Positions 17,843-28,400 are shown, counted from the stretch's first letter. The stretch: DNA of 32,000 bases from Candidatus Saccharimonadota bacterium (GCA_023898645.1 CP060232.1:1102347-1134346), one strand, 5' to 3'. Translations and numbers: made by a program. Notes: generated from the letters alone by a model not told the origin.

Positions 17843-20164
17843 ATGTTGGGCTTGTCTATAAGAAAACATACAAAGAAAATAGTCGTCGGTGCAATTATTG
17901 TCCTTGGGCTTTTTTCCGCATTTCCTACCATTAGCCCTCAATCAGCTTACGCGGCACCACCTGTCGCTCCAACTAGCCCGACCACTGGAACAGCAAACGG
18001 CGGTACCGGGTCCGGCACCTCAACCTCTCAAAACAGCGGAACTTCCGCCCCCACCACCTGCGCCATCGAAAAAATCGGATGGATTTTATGCCCCGTCATT
18101 GAATGGGGTGGCAAGATTGGCGACGGCGCCTTCAACATGTTGGCGAAATTCTTTTTGCAAACCGAACCCGAACTACTGTCGAGCGATAGTACGAACGGTA
18201 CGAAAATTGCCTGGGAACTGGCACGCAACCTGGCAAACATCATGTTTATCATCGCGTTCCTGACGATCATCCTTTCACAGGTTACAGGCAGGGGAATCGA
18301 CAACTACGGCATCAAACGCATGTTACCGCGACTGATCATCGCGGCCGTCGCGGTAAACGTATCGTATTACATATGCCAGCTGATGGTAGATTTGTCGAAC
18401 ATTGCCGGTTGGGAAATCGAGAGTTTCCTTGTGCAAACCGCTCATCAAGTGTCGTCTTATGTAGCCATGCCTATTCAAACAAGCATCGACAACCAAACGT
18501 CAAGCGGCAACTTGGGCACACTCGCAACAATCGCCATCGCCGTGATGGCGCTAGGTGTTGTTGTATATCTTTTACCGGCTCTGTTCTCGATCATCATGGT
18601 CATCGCTGTCACTTGTATGACCATCGTTGTTATACTCCTCCTCCGAAAGGCAATCATAGTTCTACTTGTCGTCGTTTCACCAATTGCGTTCGTGATGTAT
18701 TTGCTGCCAAATACGGAAAAACTCTATAACAAATGGCTAAAGATGTTTGGCCAATTGTTGATGGTTTTTCCAATTGTGTCGCTCCTGTTTGGTGGCGGAC
18801 AACTCGCTAGCGCAATCATCCTAGTGGCAGGATCTCATGGCAATACTCCGTGTACCTCAACGCAAACCGAAAATTGCAGTGTATACACCGACTCGAGTAA
18901 GCAATGTATACAACTACCGAGGATTGCAGATGCCAGCGGTACTATCGCCTCACAACAGGACACCGGTGCAAAGGTTGCGAATTGCGGTCCAAATAGTACG
19001 CCATTCCTTCTGGGGCTGGTTGCTTCTGGCATAGCCGTCGTGCCACTTCTAGCTGTATGGTCGGTGCTTAAAGGCGCCCTCTCGGCCGCCGGAGCAATTG
19101 GCGGCATGGTGCAAAATGTCAGCAAGCCTGCCATAGGCTGGGCATCAAAGCGCCGCAAAGAAGACATGGAAGCCCTCGGCGACAGGCGTACGCTTGCTGC
19201 TATGAATCACCCTATGGGCTTTTCAGACGTCGCCACCTTTGGAGCAAAGCGGCGAAAAGCGTTTAAAGATTACGCTCGTTCGAGCACGAAACAAGAGTTG
19301 GGATATGTTACTCAACAAGAAGCTGCATTAAAAGCGAAAGATAGTGATGCATACGCCCGTAAGCTTGCAGGCGGTAGTGCATTACCAGTTAGCATGGGTG
19401 GTGCAACTAGCGAAGGCGTTGAGCGAGCACTCCGACGAGCACAGTTTACTATCGATAAAGCTGAGATTGAAGAAGTTAATGCAACAGAGGCAACGATTGA
19501 CAGGATTGGTGTAACTGGTGAGCAGCTTTCCGAATTAGCACAAGGTGAAAGTGTGAAGTTAGCCGACGGCAATACGCTGGACGCTAAAACTAATAAAAAC
19601 ATACAAAAAGCAGCGTTGCAGAAACTCGCCAAACAAAGTGACGTCGGAAATCTGGAAAAAGCCCTTGCGAAAATACCTGCAGGTGACAAAGATATGGGTA
19701 ACTTCGCCGCGCGCGCTGTTGAACAAAACTGGTCTGGCATAAAATCAAAGGCAGCACACATAACAACTGGCGCAGTTACTGATAGCTTAAAAACTGGCAA
19801 AGCCGTCGATTTAGATGCTGGCATGAAAGAGGCCATGGGTGGCATGGATGCTAACCTTATGTCTACACAAAAGACCGGTACGCTCAATAGGCTTAATAAG
19901 GTACTGGCAGCTACAGCCGCAGTAAACCCACAAGACAAGAACGTAATGAACGCTAGGGCGGCTGCAAACGCCTTGCGTTCAAATGTACAAATCTATGACA
20001 AGGTCAATGAGGCAAGTAAAGACTTTGTAGATAAGATTGCCGGCCCTCGTACTCAGGCCACACCGACTCCCGTAGCGGGAACCCCTAATACTACTACTGG
20101 ACCTTCAAACCCTACCAGCGGAACATCTGGACCTTCTACAGGTGGTCCCAACCCAACTCCTTAA
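17843..20164 (+). CDS. VirB6/TrbL-like polytopic T4SS membrane protein, paralog B, with a hydrophilic C-terminal domain of about 330 aa
   Basis: 773 aa with a signal peptide ending AYA, a T/G/S/P-rich spacer and the C-x9-C motif TTCAIEKIGWILCP. Its TM core carries IKRMLPRLIIAAVAVNVSYY, SPIAFVMYLLPNTEKL and VPLLAVWSVL, paralogous to 8570..10639. It also has a Cys-containing loop between late TM helices. Confidence 0.65.
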   Translation: MLGLSIRKHTKKIVVGAIIVLGLFSAFPTISPQSAYAAPPVAPTSPTTGTANGGTGSGTSTSQNSGTSAPTTCAIEKIGWILCPVIEWGGKIGDGAFNMLAKFFLQTEPELLSSDSTNGTKIAWELARNLANIMFIIAFLTIILSQVTGRGIDNYGIKRMLPRLIIAAVAVNVSYYICQLMVDLSNIAGWEIESFLVQTAHQVSSYVAMPIQTSIDNQTSSGNLGTLATIAIAVMALGVVVYLLPALFSIIMVIAVTCMTIVVILLLRKAIIVLLVVVSPIAFVMYLLPNTEKLYNKWLKMFGQLLMVFPIVSLLFGGGQLASAIILVAGSHGNTPCTSTQTENCSVYTDSSKQCIQLPRIADASGTIASQQDTGAKVANCGPNSTPFLLGLVASGIAVVPLLAVWSVLKGALSAAGAIGGMVQNVSKPAIGWASKRRKEDMEALGDRRTLAAMNHPMGFSDVATFGAKRRKAFKDYARSSTKQELGYVTQQEAALKAKDSDAYARKLAGGSALPVSMGGATSEGVERALRRAQFTIDKAEIEEVNATEATIDRIGVTGEQLSELAQGESVKLADGNTLDAKTNKNIQKAALQKLAKQSDVGNLEKALAKIPAGDKDMGNFAARAVEQNWSGIKSKAAHITTGAVTDSLKTGKAVDLDAGMKEAMGGMDANLMSTQKTGTLNRLNKVLAATAAVNPQDKNVMNARAAANALRSNVQIYDKVNEASKDFVDKIAGPRTQATPTPVAGTPNTTTGPSNPTSGTSGPSTGGPNPTP

Positions 20165-20210
20165 ATTCATATTTCGCATAAACACGAGTAGTTAACTGTA
20201 GTCATAGTTG

Positions 20211-20239
20211 TTGACTTTTTGTAAAGCTTATGCTTAAAT
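20211..20239 (+). promoter_or_regulatory. Sigma70-like promoter with extended -10, placed for a leaderless transcript of the gene at 20246
   Basis: TTGACT (20211..20216), a 17-nt spacer ending in TGc, then TTAAAT (20234..20239). Then 6 nt (tactac) precede the ATG at 20246, with no SD. The geometry matches the promoter at 1747..1775. Confidence 0.5.
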
Positions 20240-20245
20240 TACTAC

Positions 20246-21205
20246 ATGAGTATTGAATCAAGTCCTTCTCATTCTACAGATCAAGCGTCGCCAACCGCTG
20301 CCGAAACGCTTGATGCCTATAAAGATGCCGGTCTTGATCCAAACGTCGACGCATATATAGACGAAAATAACGCTCGCGCTTATTCACAGGAGCGCGACAC
20401 CTCCGAAGTAACTAACCCCGAACAAAACGTTAATTCAATAGAAGAAGTCGTCGACAAGCCAGCAAATACTCCCGAAGAAGTAGATGCAAGTAAAACACTA
20501 CATAGTTCCAGTGAACTTAAAGAAGTGGCCCGCAAAGAAACAGAGGACCGTCTAGACCTTAGGGACAAGGCTATGAACACAAAAGATCGAGTCATGAAAA
20601 AGGCACTCATGTATGATCAACGAGATTCTGCACGTCAGTGGAAAGTGGTGCGCCTAGAGGCGAAACTCGAGAACTCAAGAGCACGTAACCCAAACTCAAA
20701 CAGAACGCGACAACTCGAACGAAAATTAAACTGGCAACGCATGATGCTGGGAAATATCCGGAAGAAATCCGGAGCTATCGATTCACGTATGGACAACAGG
20801 GGTGACCGACGTAAAAATATTGAAAACGCAAAAGAAAACGCAAAAGCACTCCGTAAAAAACTACAGGAAGCCGCCAAGGAGACCGAAAAAGAAAGACGAC
20901 GACGCTGGCAGGTTCGAAAAGAAGCTTTTACGTCGAAAAGTGAAACGCGCAAGAAGCAATTAAGAGCTGAGATGCGGTCGTGGGACAAAAACACGCTTGC
21001 TAAGTTTTACCAAGAAAAAGTTAATGAATCGGTGAAACGATATGAATCAGATGAAAATATTAACAATGCGATTGATAGACTTGAAGCTGCGGCCGCAAAC
21101 AATAACCCAGTGAACTCGGAAATTAACGAAGAAATCAGCAATACTGTCGACAAACTCAAAAGTGCCGTTGATACTACCGAGCATAACCCCAATGTGGTAG
21201 AGTAA
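20246..21205 (+). CDS. Highly charged (K/R/E-rich) predicted coiled-coil protein of unknown function
   Basis: 319 aa with no TM segment. It has an acidic N-terminus followed by long basic and acidic helical-looking stretches (RKLNWQRMMLGNIRKK..., KENAKALRKKLQEAAKETEKERRRRWQVRKE). It lies immediately upstream of the VirB3/VirB4 core. Confidence 0.55.
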   Translation: MSIESSPSHSTDQASPTAAETLDAYKDAGLDPNVDAYIDENNARAYSQERDTSEVTNPEQNVNSIEEVVDKPANTPEEVDASKTLHSSSELKEVARKETEDRLDLRDKAMNTKDRVMKKALMYDQRDSARQWKVVRLEAKLENSRARNPNSNRTRQLERKLNWQRMMLGNIRKKSGAIDSRMDNRGDRRKNIENAKENAKALRKKLQEAAKETEKERRRRWQVRKEAFTSKSETRKKQLRAEMRSWDKNTLAKFYQEKVNESVKRYESDENINNAIDRLEAAAANNNPVNSEINEEISNTVDKLKSAVDTTEHNPNVVE

Positions 21206-21210
21206 AAACC

Positions 21211-21507
21211 ATGTCACTACTAAACAAACAATTTTTACAATCATTAGGCATAGAGCTTGACGATCAAACATTTGAAGCTTTCGACGAACACTTTGAAGCA
21301 ACGCTACAGGAGCGAGTTGTTGACGCTATAGTCGACGGTTTGGATGAACAGCAACTTGAACAACTGTCTGCCGTACGTGAACAAGGTGGCGATGCTGTCG
21401 CTATGCAAACATGGCTACAGGCAAACGTGCCCGATTTGAGCCAAATCGTTCAAAGCGAGGTAGATATACTACTAGGTGATCTAGCCGAAAGCGGCGATCA
21501 TATCTAG
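21211..21507 (+). CDS. Small acidic cytoplasmic protein of unknown function
   Basis: 98 aa, rich in D/E, with no TM segment (MSLLNKQFLQSLGIELDDQTFEAFDEHFEATLQERV...LQANVPDLSQIVQSEVDILLGDL). It starts 5 nt after the preceding stop. It resembles a small-protein family I associate with CPR genomes, but I cannot name that family reliably. Confidence 0.5.
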   Translation: MSLLNKQFLQSLGIELDDQTFEAFDEHFEATLQERVVDAIVDGLDEQQLEQLSAVREQGGDAVAMQTWLQANVPDLSQIVQSEVDILLGDLAESGDHI

Positions 21508-21566
21508 ACATTAACCCCCTCCACACCTCGTAAAACCATAAGAAGTACGATATAATACCACCAGAT

Positions 21567-22685
21567 ATGGCGGTTTACAAAGTACCTCAGGACGTCGAGG
21601 CGGACGACAAACTGATCGGTCCGTTCAGTTTTCGCCAATTCATCTATTTGATAGTGGTGGCTATTTCGATAGCCGGCGCCTGGGGGCTTTCCCAAGTGTT
21701 TATACCTTTGGCGATTATACCTTTGCCGATAATAGTCTTTTTCGCGGCTCTTGCCTTACCGTTACGTAAAGATCAGCCCATGGAAGCCTATCTGTCTGCA
21801 GTGGTGTCTTTTTATTTCCTAAAATCGCGCAAACGATTCTGGATACCCGACGGTATCGACTCTTTCGTAACGATCATACCGCCAAAAGACGCTGATCGCA
21901 TACTGACAAAAGGTTTCGACGATGTCGAGGCGACAAAACGACTCGGCTACCTGGCTGACCTGGTAGACACTCACGGCTGGGCTATACGTGGTGCCGGCGG
22001 CACACCTGATACGTCAATTAGCACCGACCTGTACTATGAGTCACAGCAAACTGTCGACATGATGGACGGCTCGACGCCACAAGCTCAGGCAATGGCGCAA
22101 CACCTACAAAAAGAGGCGGCTGGTCATCGTCAGGATGCAATCGAGACTATGCAAACAGCTAAAAAAGCCGCCCCGGTAGCGACAACACAAGCTCCTGCTA
22201 CCGTCACGGTGAAATCAAATACACCACCAGCCCCTCAAGCCACAGCTACAATCAAGACTACACCGAATGCTCCGGCTCAACCTGCGCAAGTCCCACCGCC
22301 AGAAAGCAATGACACACCACCGGTATCTAAACTTCCCCCTCTAGAGAAAATTCGTGCGGCTCGAATGTCTAATGCGGCTCAACAAAAGGCAGAAAAGGAC
22401 TCCAAAGACGCACTCGCTCTCGTAAACGGACTAATCGAAGAGGCGGGCGAAAAAAAGAGTACCCCTGCTGTTAAACCAGTGCCCGAAAAACCCGCAAGCA
22501 CTAGCGTTCCTACCCCCGATACTGCTACAATGGTGCTAACGCAAAAACAGGCAGGTGATTTGTCACAGCAAAAGGATGTTTCTGTCGAAACGCTCGCTAA
22601 AGAGGCAAACCGCGTCGCGAAGAAAAATGAAGCCGATAATAAGATTTTGAAAGACGGCGACGAAGTAACAATTTCGTTTCACTAG
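21567..22685 (+). CDS. PrgI-family (VirB3-like) T4SS membrane protein with a long Pro/Ala/Thr/Gln-rich C-terminal extension
   Basis: The N-terminus MAVYKVPQDVEADDKLIGPFSFRQFIYLIVVAISIAGAWGL...PLRKDQPMEAYLSAVVSFYFLKSRKRFW matches the PrgI pattern: a-x-VP-x-D...(D/E)K-x-x-G-x-(L/F)-(T/S)-x-RQ, then a two-TM hairpin, then D/G-x-P-x-E. It sits directly upstream of the VirB4 genes, as VirB3 homologs do. Confidence 0.7.
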   Translation: MAVYKVPQDVEADDKLIGPFSFRQFIYLIVVAISIAGAWGLSQVFIPLAIIPLPIIVFFAALALPLRKDQPMEAYLSAVVSFYFLKSRKRFWIPDGIDSFVTIIPPKDADRILTKGFDDVEATKRLGYLADLVDTHGWAIRGAGGTPDTSISTDLYYESQQTVDMMDGSTPQAQAMAQHLQKEAAGHRQDAIETMQTAKKAAPVATTQAPATVTVKSNTPPAPQATATIKTTPNAPAQPAQVPPPESNDTPPVSKLPPLEKIRAARMSNAAQQKAEKDSKDALALVNGLIEEAGEKKSTPAVKPVPEKPASTSVPTPDTATMVLTQKQAGDLSQQKDVSVETLAKEANRVAKKNEADNKILKDGDEVTISFH

Positions 22686-22700
22686 GTGGAGGTAAGAAGG

Positions 22701-23570
22701 ATGGGACCAAACTCACAGCAACCAGCAGCCGCCCCTGTCCGTGGACAGGCTCCTGCTGGTATGCCTGGTCAGCCGGTACCACCTGGCGCACCGGGGCAGC
22801 CAGACCCAGCCCACACCCCGCCGCCACCAACCAACCCAAATACAACCCAAAACAGCTTGCTGTTTTCGGAACTACGAGACAACATGGTTATCATGAACGA
22901 TGGCAGTTTTCGCGCAGTCATCGCCTGTAAATCTATAAATTTTGACTTGATGAGTAGTAAAGAACGTGAAGGTATTGAATATAGTTACCAAAACTTCTTG
23001 AACTCGCTATACTTTCCGGTACAAATCCTCATCCGTTCGCAGCGCGTCGACATTGGCCCATACATAGAGCGCCTGACTAACATCCGTCGCGACCAAGAAA
23101 ACATGCTACTAAACGTACTTACTGACGACTACATTGACTTTATCGATACCCTTAGCCAAGAGGCGAACATTATGGATAAATCATTCTATGTTATCGTCCC
23201 TTATTGGCCACACGGCGACATCAACACGATCAAACGAGGTAGCAAAAGCTTGTTTAGTACGATTTTTGGCGGCACGCCACAGCAACGCTCAATCGTCGTT
23301 GACCATGCCCAATATGAAAAAGCGAAGGATGAAATAAAAAACCACTGTGATTCTGTAATGAGTGGTCTGTTTCAGCTTGGCATCAAATGTGTTCAACTTA
23401 ATACCAGAGAGCTGGGCGAGCTTTATTATAATTTCTACAATCCAGACACGGCCGTTCGAGAACCACTTGGCGACTTCGGAAGTATTACCGCTATGTACGT
23501 ACGCAAGGGTCAGGGCGAGGCGCCAAAACCTCACTTAATTCGCGAAGAAGATAGGGATGGACCGCAATAA
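22701..23570 (+). CDS. Protein resembling a stand-alone VirB4/TraC-type N-terminal domain (function unproven)
   Basis: I prefer the ATG at 22701, preceded by GGAGGT; the track uses the GTG at 22686. A Pro-rich N-terminus is followed by LFSELRDNMVIMNDGSFRAVIACKSINFDLMSSKEREGIEYSYQNFLNSLYFPVQILIRSQRVDI. That pattern (I-x-dG...y-x-x-I...iNf-x-L-x-S-x-x-E...f-x-x-fLn-x-L...QI) recurs at the N-termini of Gram-positive VirB4 ATPases. It has no Walker motifs. Its stop overlaps the virB4 start (TAATG). Confidence 0.45.
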   Translation: MGPNSQQPAAAPVRGQAPAGMPGQPVPPGAPGQPDPAHTPPPPTNPNTTQNSLLFSELRDNMVIMNDGSFRAVIACKSINFDLMSSKEREGIEYSYQNFLNSLYFPVQILIRSQRVDIGPYIERLTNIRRDQENMLLNVLTDDYIDFIDTLSQEANIMDKSFYVIVPYWPHGDINTIKRGSKSLFSTIFGGTPQQRSIVVDHAQYEKAKDEIKNHCDSVMSGLFQLGIKCVQLNTRELGELYYNFYNPDTAVREPLGDFGSITAMYVRKGQGEAPKPHLIREEDRDGPQ

Positions 23571-25474
23571 TGAGCGCTAAACGACCCGACGCCGTAGACA
23601 TAGCCGCCCAACAACGTGCCCGCGAGCAGGCTGAAGTTGAACAAGCATTTCAAAAGGGAATTACGACTCTACGTGATTTAGTAGCACCGGCTTCTTTGGA
23701 AATACACGCCAGCTACTTCAGGCTAGGTACTAAATACGGACGTACCATCTATGTATATGCGTATCCTCGTCAGATCTACACTGGCTGGTTGTCGAGTATC
23801 ATCAACATCGATGAAGTGCTTGATGTTAGTATGTACTTCTACCCGGTAGAGTCTGAGATTGTGCTCAAAAACCTGCGCAAAAAAGTGACTCAAATGCAGG
23901 CAACTATGGCTATCAACGAAGAAAAGGGCCGTACGCGCGACCCAGGACTCGAAGCCGCTCTTAACGACGCCGAGGAGCTGCGTGATGAAATCCAGGTTGG
24001 CTCGGAGCGATTTTTCCGTTACGGACTCTACATCACTATGTATGCCGACAGCCTCGACGAGCTAAACTTCATACAACATAAAATCGAAACCATCTTTGGT
24101 CAGCAACTCGTCTTTAGTAAGGTTGCTTCTAGTCAACAGGAGCAGGGAATCAACAGTACCGTGCCACAGATGACAGACCAGCTGCAGATTCGCCGCAACA
24201 TGAACACCGGTGCAATTTCAACGTCATTCCCATTCACAAGTGCCGACCTGACACAAGAAAAGGGCATCCTGTACGGGATCAATATGCACAACAACGGTTT
24301 GATTATCTTTGACAGGTTTACCTTGGAAAACGCCAATATGGTTGTCTTTGCAAAGTCTGGTTCCGGTAAGTCATTCACCGTTAAGCTTGAGGCGATTCGC
24401 TCTATGATGATGGGCGCTGACGTTTTGATTATCGACCCTGAAAACGAATATCAGAAGCTTTCAGATGCCGTTGGCGGTAGTTATATACGCCTATCACTTA
24501 ACTCTGACGTTCGTGTTAATCCGTTTGACCTGCCACGAGTTGTTGACACTGAAGAAGCTGATGACGCGTTGCGTGCCAACTTGGTAACACTCCACGGTCT
24601 ACTGCGACTTATGCTCGGTGGTGCTTCACTACAAGCGAGTGGTCAAACAAATGTTTCCGCCATGACACCCGCCGAGGAAGCTGATTTGGATCAAGCGTTA
24701 ATCGACACATACGCTCGAGCTGGCATTACTAGTGATCCGCTAACACACACTTCGCCGCCGCCAACAATGGTTGACCTGTATGACACGCTTGTTCACATGG
24801 AAGGCAGCGGCCCATCGCTTGCACAGCGTCTCCGTAAGTACACTACCGGTACATTCGCAGGTATTTTCAGTCAGCAGTCTAATATAGACATCAATAACCA
24901 GATGGTTGTGTTTAACATTCGTGACCTTGAGGATGAACTGCGACCAGTTGCTATGTATATCGTCCTAAGCCACATTTGGAATGTTACTCGAAGCCACTTA
25001 AAGAAACGTATGTTGATCGTGGATGAGGCATGGCAGCTTATGAAATACGAAGACAGTGCAAACTTTTTGTTCAGTCTCGCGAAACGTGCTCGAAAATACT
25101 ACCTTGGCGTTACAACCATTAGTCAGGACGTCGAGGACTTCATGGCGAGTAAAATGGGTCGCGCCATCGTAGCCAACAGCTCTATGCAGCTACTTCTCAA
25201 ACAGTCGCCAAGTGCGGTCGACGTGCTCGCTGACGTCTTTAAGCTCACCGACGAAGAGCGCAAGCGACTTAGTAACTTCCCAGTCGGTCAAGGACTTTTC
25301 TTTGCTGGTGCTAATCACGTCCATATTCAGGTTGTTGCTAGCCGTACCGAACATCAACTCGTTACAACAAGCCCAGTTCAGCTACTTCAGCAAGAGGAGC
25401 AAAAGCGCATGGAGACATTAGCGGCGCAACAACGAGAATCACAAGGGCAGCAAGCAGCTGATCAACAAGGATAA
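23570..25474 (+). CDS. virB4: VirB4-family T4SS ATPase
   Basis: 634 aa. The N-domain reads LVAPASLEIHASYFRLGTKYGRTIYVYAYPRQIYTGWLSSII. Walker A is VVFAKSGSGKSFTVK, followed by LIIDPENEYQKL...VNPFDL. Walker B is KRMLIVDEAWQLM. The motif TTISQDVEDF is also present. Confidence 0.93.
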   Translation: MSAKRPDAVDIAAQQRAREQAEVEQAFQKGITTLRDLVAPASLEIHASYFRLGTKYGRTIYVYAYPRQIYTGWLSSIINIDEVLDVSMYFYPVESEIVLKNLRKKVTQMQATMAINEEKGRTRDPGLEAALNDAEELRDEIQVGSERFFRYGLYITMYADSLDELNFIQHKIETIFGQQLVFSKVASSQQEQGINSTVPQMTDQLQIRRNMNTGAISTSFPFTSADLTQEKGILYGINMHNNGLIIFDRFTLENANMVVFAKSGSGKSFTVKLEAIRSMMMGADVLIIDPENEYQKLSDAVGGSYIRLSLNSDVRVNPFDLPRVVDTEEADDALRANLVTLHGLLRLMLGGASLQASGQTNVSAMTPAEEADLDQALIDTYARAGITSDPLTHTSPPPTMVDLYDTLVHMEGSGPSLAQRLRKYTTGTFAGIFSQQSNIDINNQMVVFNIRDLEDELRPVAMYIVLSHIWNVTRSHLKKRMLIVDEAWQLMKYEDSANFLFSLAKRARKYYLGVTTISQDVEDFMASKMGRAIVANSSMQLLLKQSPSAVDVLADVFKLTDEERKRLSNFPVGQGLFFAGANHVHIQVVASRTEHQLVTTSPVQLLQQEEQKRMETLAAQQRESQGQQAADQQG

Positions 25475-25492
25475 GTTAGGGGGTAGTAGTTT

Positions 25493-28400
25493 ATGGCCCT
25501 GACAACAAAAGGTGGCATCCCAGATCAGGACAATGGCAACCACAACCCATCTGAATTTGACTCAAGTGATACTGCTCGTGGCTTAAGCCAACTCGAAAAC
25601 CACCCAGACAATCCGTCAGATGACGACTCCGAACAAGGTATTCAAAACGCAGAAAATTTTGCCAATAGCGACAGTAGTAATGGCAACCCTTTTGATTCTT
25701 ATTACAAAAAGAAGATGGGTGGCAATAAGAGCGGTCAACATATTGATACTCACGGTGACACCGTACAAGACAACCCTAACGCTGATACGCCAAACTTAAA
25801 GGAGAGGGAAGAAAATCCAGGATCTCTCTATAAGTCCGGTGAGGAATCGTCTGTTAATCCGAAATCGGGAGGACGTTGGAAATCAAAATTTTTATCGAAC
25901 GCTAAGCGTTATGGTGCAAGCGGTGGTGCTGCCGGTTTAGTTATCGGTGGTTTTTTCGGAGTAAGCGTCATCATGGTGCCGGGGTCTCTGCTTGTAACCA
26001 TCGAAAAGGCGATTACTAATGATAGTTCTGATTCAACGCGAACCAATATTTCGTTTCGTCGAGCCTATGTCTCTAAACTTTTTAATAAGGGAAATTCCAG
26101 CACGGGTTCAAAGATAGAAGACAAGCTGACTAGTATGAGTGAAGGCCAAAAAGCAAGATTCGAAAAAGAGGGCTTTAAGGTAGAACTGAATACAAAAGGC
26201 AAGATAAAATCCATGAAATTCCCTGATGGCACTTTAGTTAAAGATGGCGCTTCCTTTAATAGTCATGCCGAGAATACAGTCGAAGGTAGACGTGCAACCA
26301 GTAACGTACTCGACGTTAGGTCTGCATTTTTTGAGAATCAAAAGTTCAAGGATGTACTTAAAAACTTCAATATCGAGAAGGGGAAACGCCTTAAGCCATC
26401 TGAAGACGCTGACCCCGCGAAGCGTAAAAAAGCCATCGATGAATCGTTTGATGAAAATACAAAATTAAAGGCAGAGAATACGAGTGATCCAAAAGCTGTA
26501 GATAGTAGGGTTAAAGACCTAGAATCAAAAACAGTTGAAAGTAGCAGCCTTAAATCAAAAGTAACCGAAATTACCGACAAAGCAGGAAAAGCCGCTCTTG
26601 CCGCACTTCCGATATCAACCGTCTGTGCATCTTATAATGTCGCAAGATTGACGACCGCAACCATAAAGGCAGAATGGATTTATCAGCTTGTTAGTTTTGC
26701 CTATCCGTTCGTGCGGGCGGCAGCCCAGATAGAGGATCAGGGTGACATCGAACCGTCAGTCGTAGAAAATCTAGCTAATCGATTAACGTGGTATGACCCG
26801 AATAAAACCCTGCCAAGTCCAGATCCATCATTACCAGGATCAAAAGCGGGTGATCCAAATCCAAAATATAATTTAACCGCCATGGATTCGCAGGGATTAC
26901 AAATGGCTATATATGGTGATTTTTCTGGCTTAACTCAATTTGCTAAAAATTACACCTCTTGGGGCTGGGAGGTTAGTGTTAATTCTATTGCCAATAAATA
27001 CATCAATCTTGTGCGAAGTGTTGCTGGTAGTAAACAAAATGTAAAAGATATCTGTTTGGGCGCAAAACTCGTTAACGAAGCAGCTACCATACAGTGTGCC
27101 GCAGGACCAGTTGCAGCCGCTTTATGTGTAGCGGGCGTACTTGTACTACCAACGGTTGGTAAGATAGCCGCTGGAGCACTGGCGGCCGAACTCGCAAAAC
27201 CAGCGCTGGCATTTCTTGCTAGAGTTGACCTTTCCTCTACTACTCAGGGTGTAGATGCTGGTAATGCTCTTGCAGCTGGCATCGGACTGCTATTATCCAA
27301 CTCAACCCTAGGCTCTGGATTGCGCCCGGTTGGCGGCACTTCAAAGGCGCAAATGTTACAAAAAATAAAAGGATTCATCGCTGATACGAACGAAACAAAC
27401 TATAAATACACAACCCAACTTGCTCTCGATGAAGCTAAAAGAAACCAGTTTGACGTATCAAACCAATATTCGTTTATGGGTCAAATAGCTTCTCAGTTAA
27501 ACCCTTATCTAAATGGAGACGGAACTTTCTTTAGCAGGATTGCTAGTATGGTGCGTGTTATTGGTACGTCATTTAGTAAATTACCGACATCGGCTAACGC
27601 CTTATTTAGCCAACCTTCAAATATGACACTCGAAGATGGGATTAATGGGGACCCAGCATCTAATCGTATAAATAAATGCGCGGACCAAGATATGGAGACT
27701 ATCGGTGCGGCATGCGATTGGTCTGGGAGGATAATTGGCTACACCACCAACAATGTCCTTCAGGGATTAAATCAAATTGCAAACAATAAAATCGCAGGCG
27801 GTTCGGATATACTCACAAAAAGTATTAATTTCATGATAAACGACAAGACGGAATACAGAGATCCAACCACTGGCGTCTCAAAGACAATAGACGGTGATAT
27901 TAATCAAGATACTGGCGAAACGATTTCTCATTCAAATTTTGAAAATTACATAAAATACTGCGTTGAGCGTAAGAGTCCTAATAATGGAACTGTTCCAATT
28001 GGTTCGTCGGTAGAATCAATTGCCGAAGATGACGGTAATTGGTTTGACGGTGAACGATGTCTAGGTAAAGATAATAAGGATCAAACGATGCTCGACAGTT
28101 TTGCTACATACTACAACTGGTGTTACGTGCAGTACGCTACTGCCGAGCGGATGACTGATTGCGTGCATAATACACCAGAAGCAAACAATGCAGCTAATGT
28201 ATCGAGCGATTGCGGTGACGGCTCAACCGGTAGTATTTACTCTTGTGCACTACAGTTCGACCCTTACGCGTATTCCTACGGAGCTGGTCACGATGAATAT
28301 GGAAAAGTTTCCTGGTATCAAAATTTTAAAACGAATACTCCCTCACCAAACTCTAATCCGTTCGACTGCTCGAGTTTAGTTATGGCATCAGTTGTCGCAG

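Noticed and set aside
19312-19938. 208-aa minus-strand ORF inside the VirB6-like B gene
   Set aside because: It lies fully antisense to a + strand ORF that is supported by paralog conservation. Its Ala/Ser/Cys-rich composition mirrors the Ala/Lys-rich sense frame. It has no RBS or promoter context.
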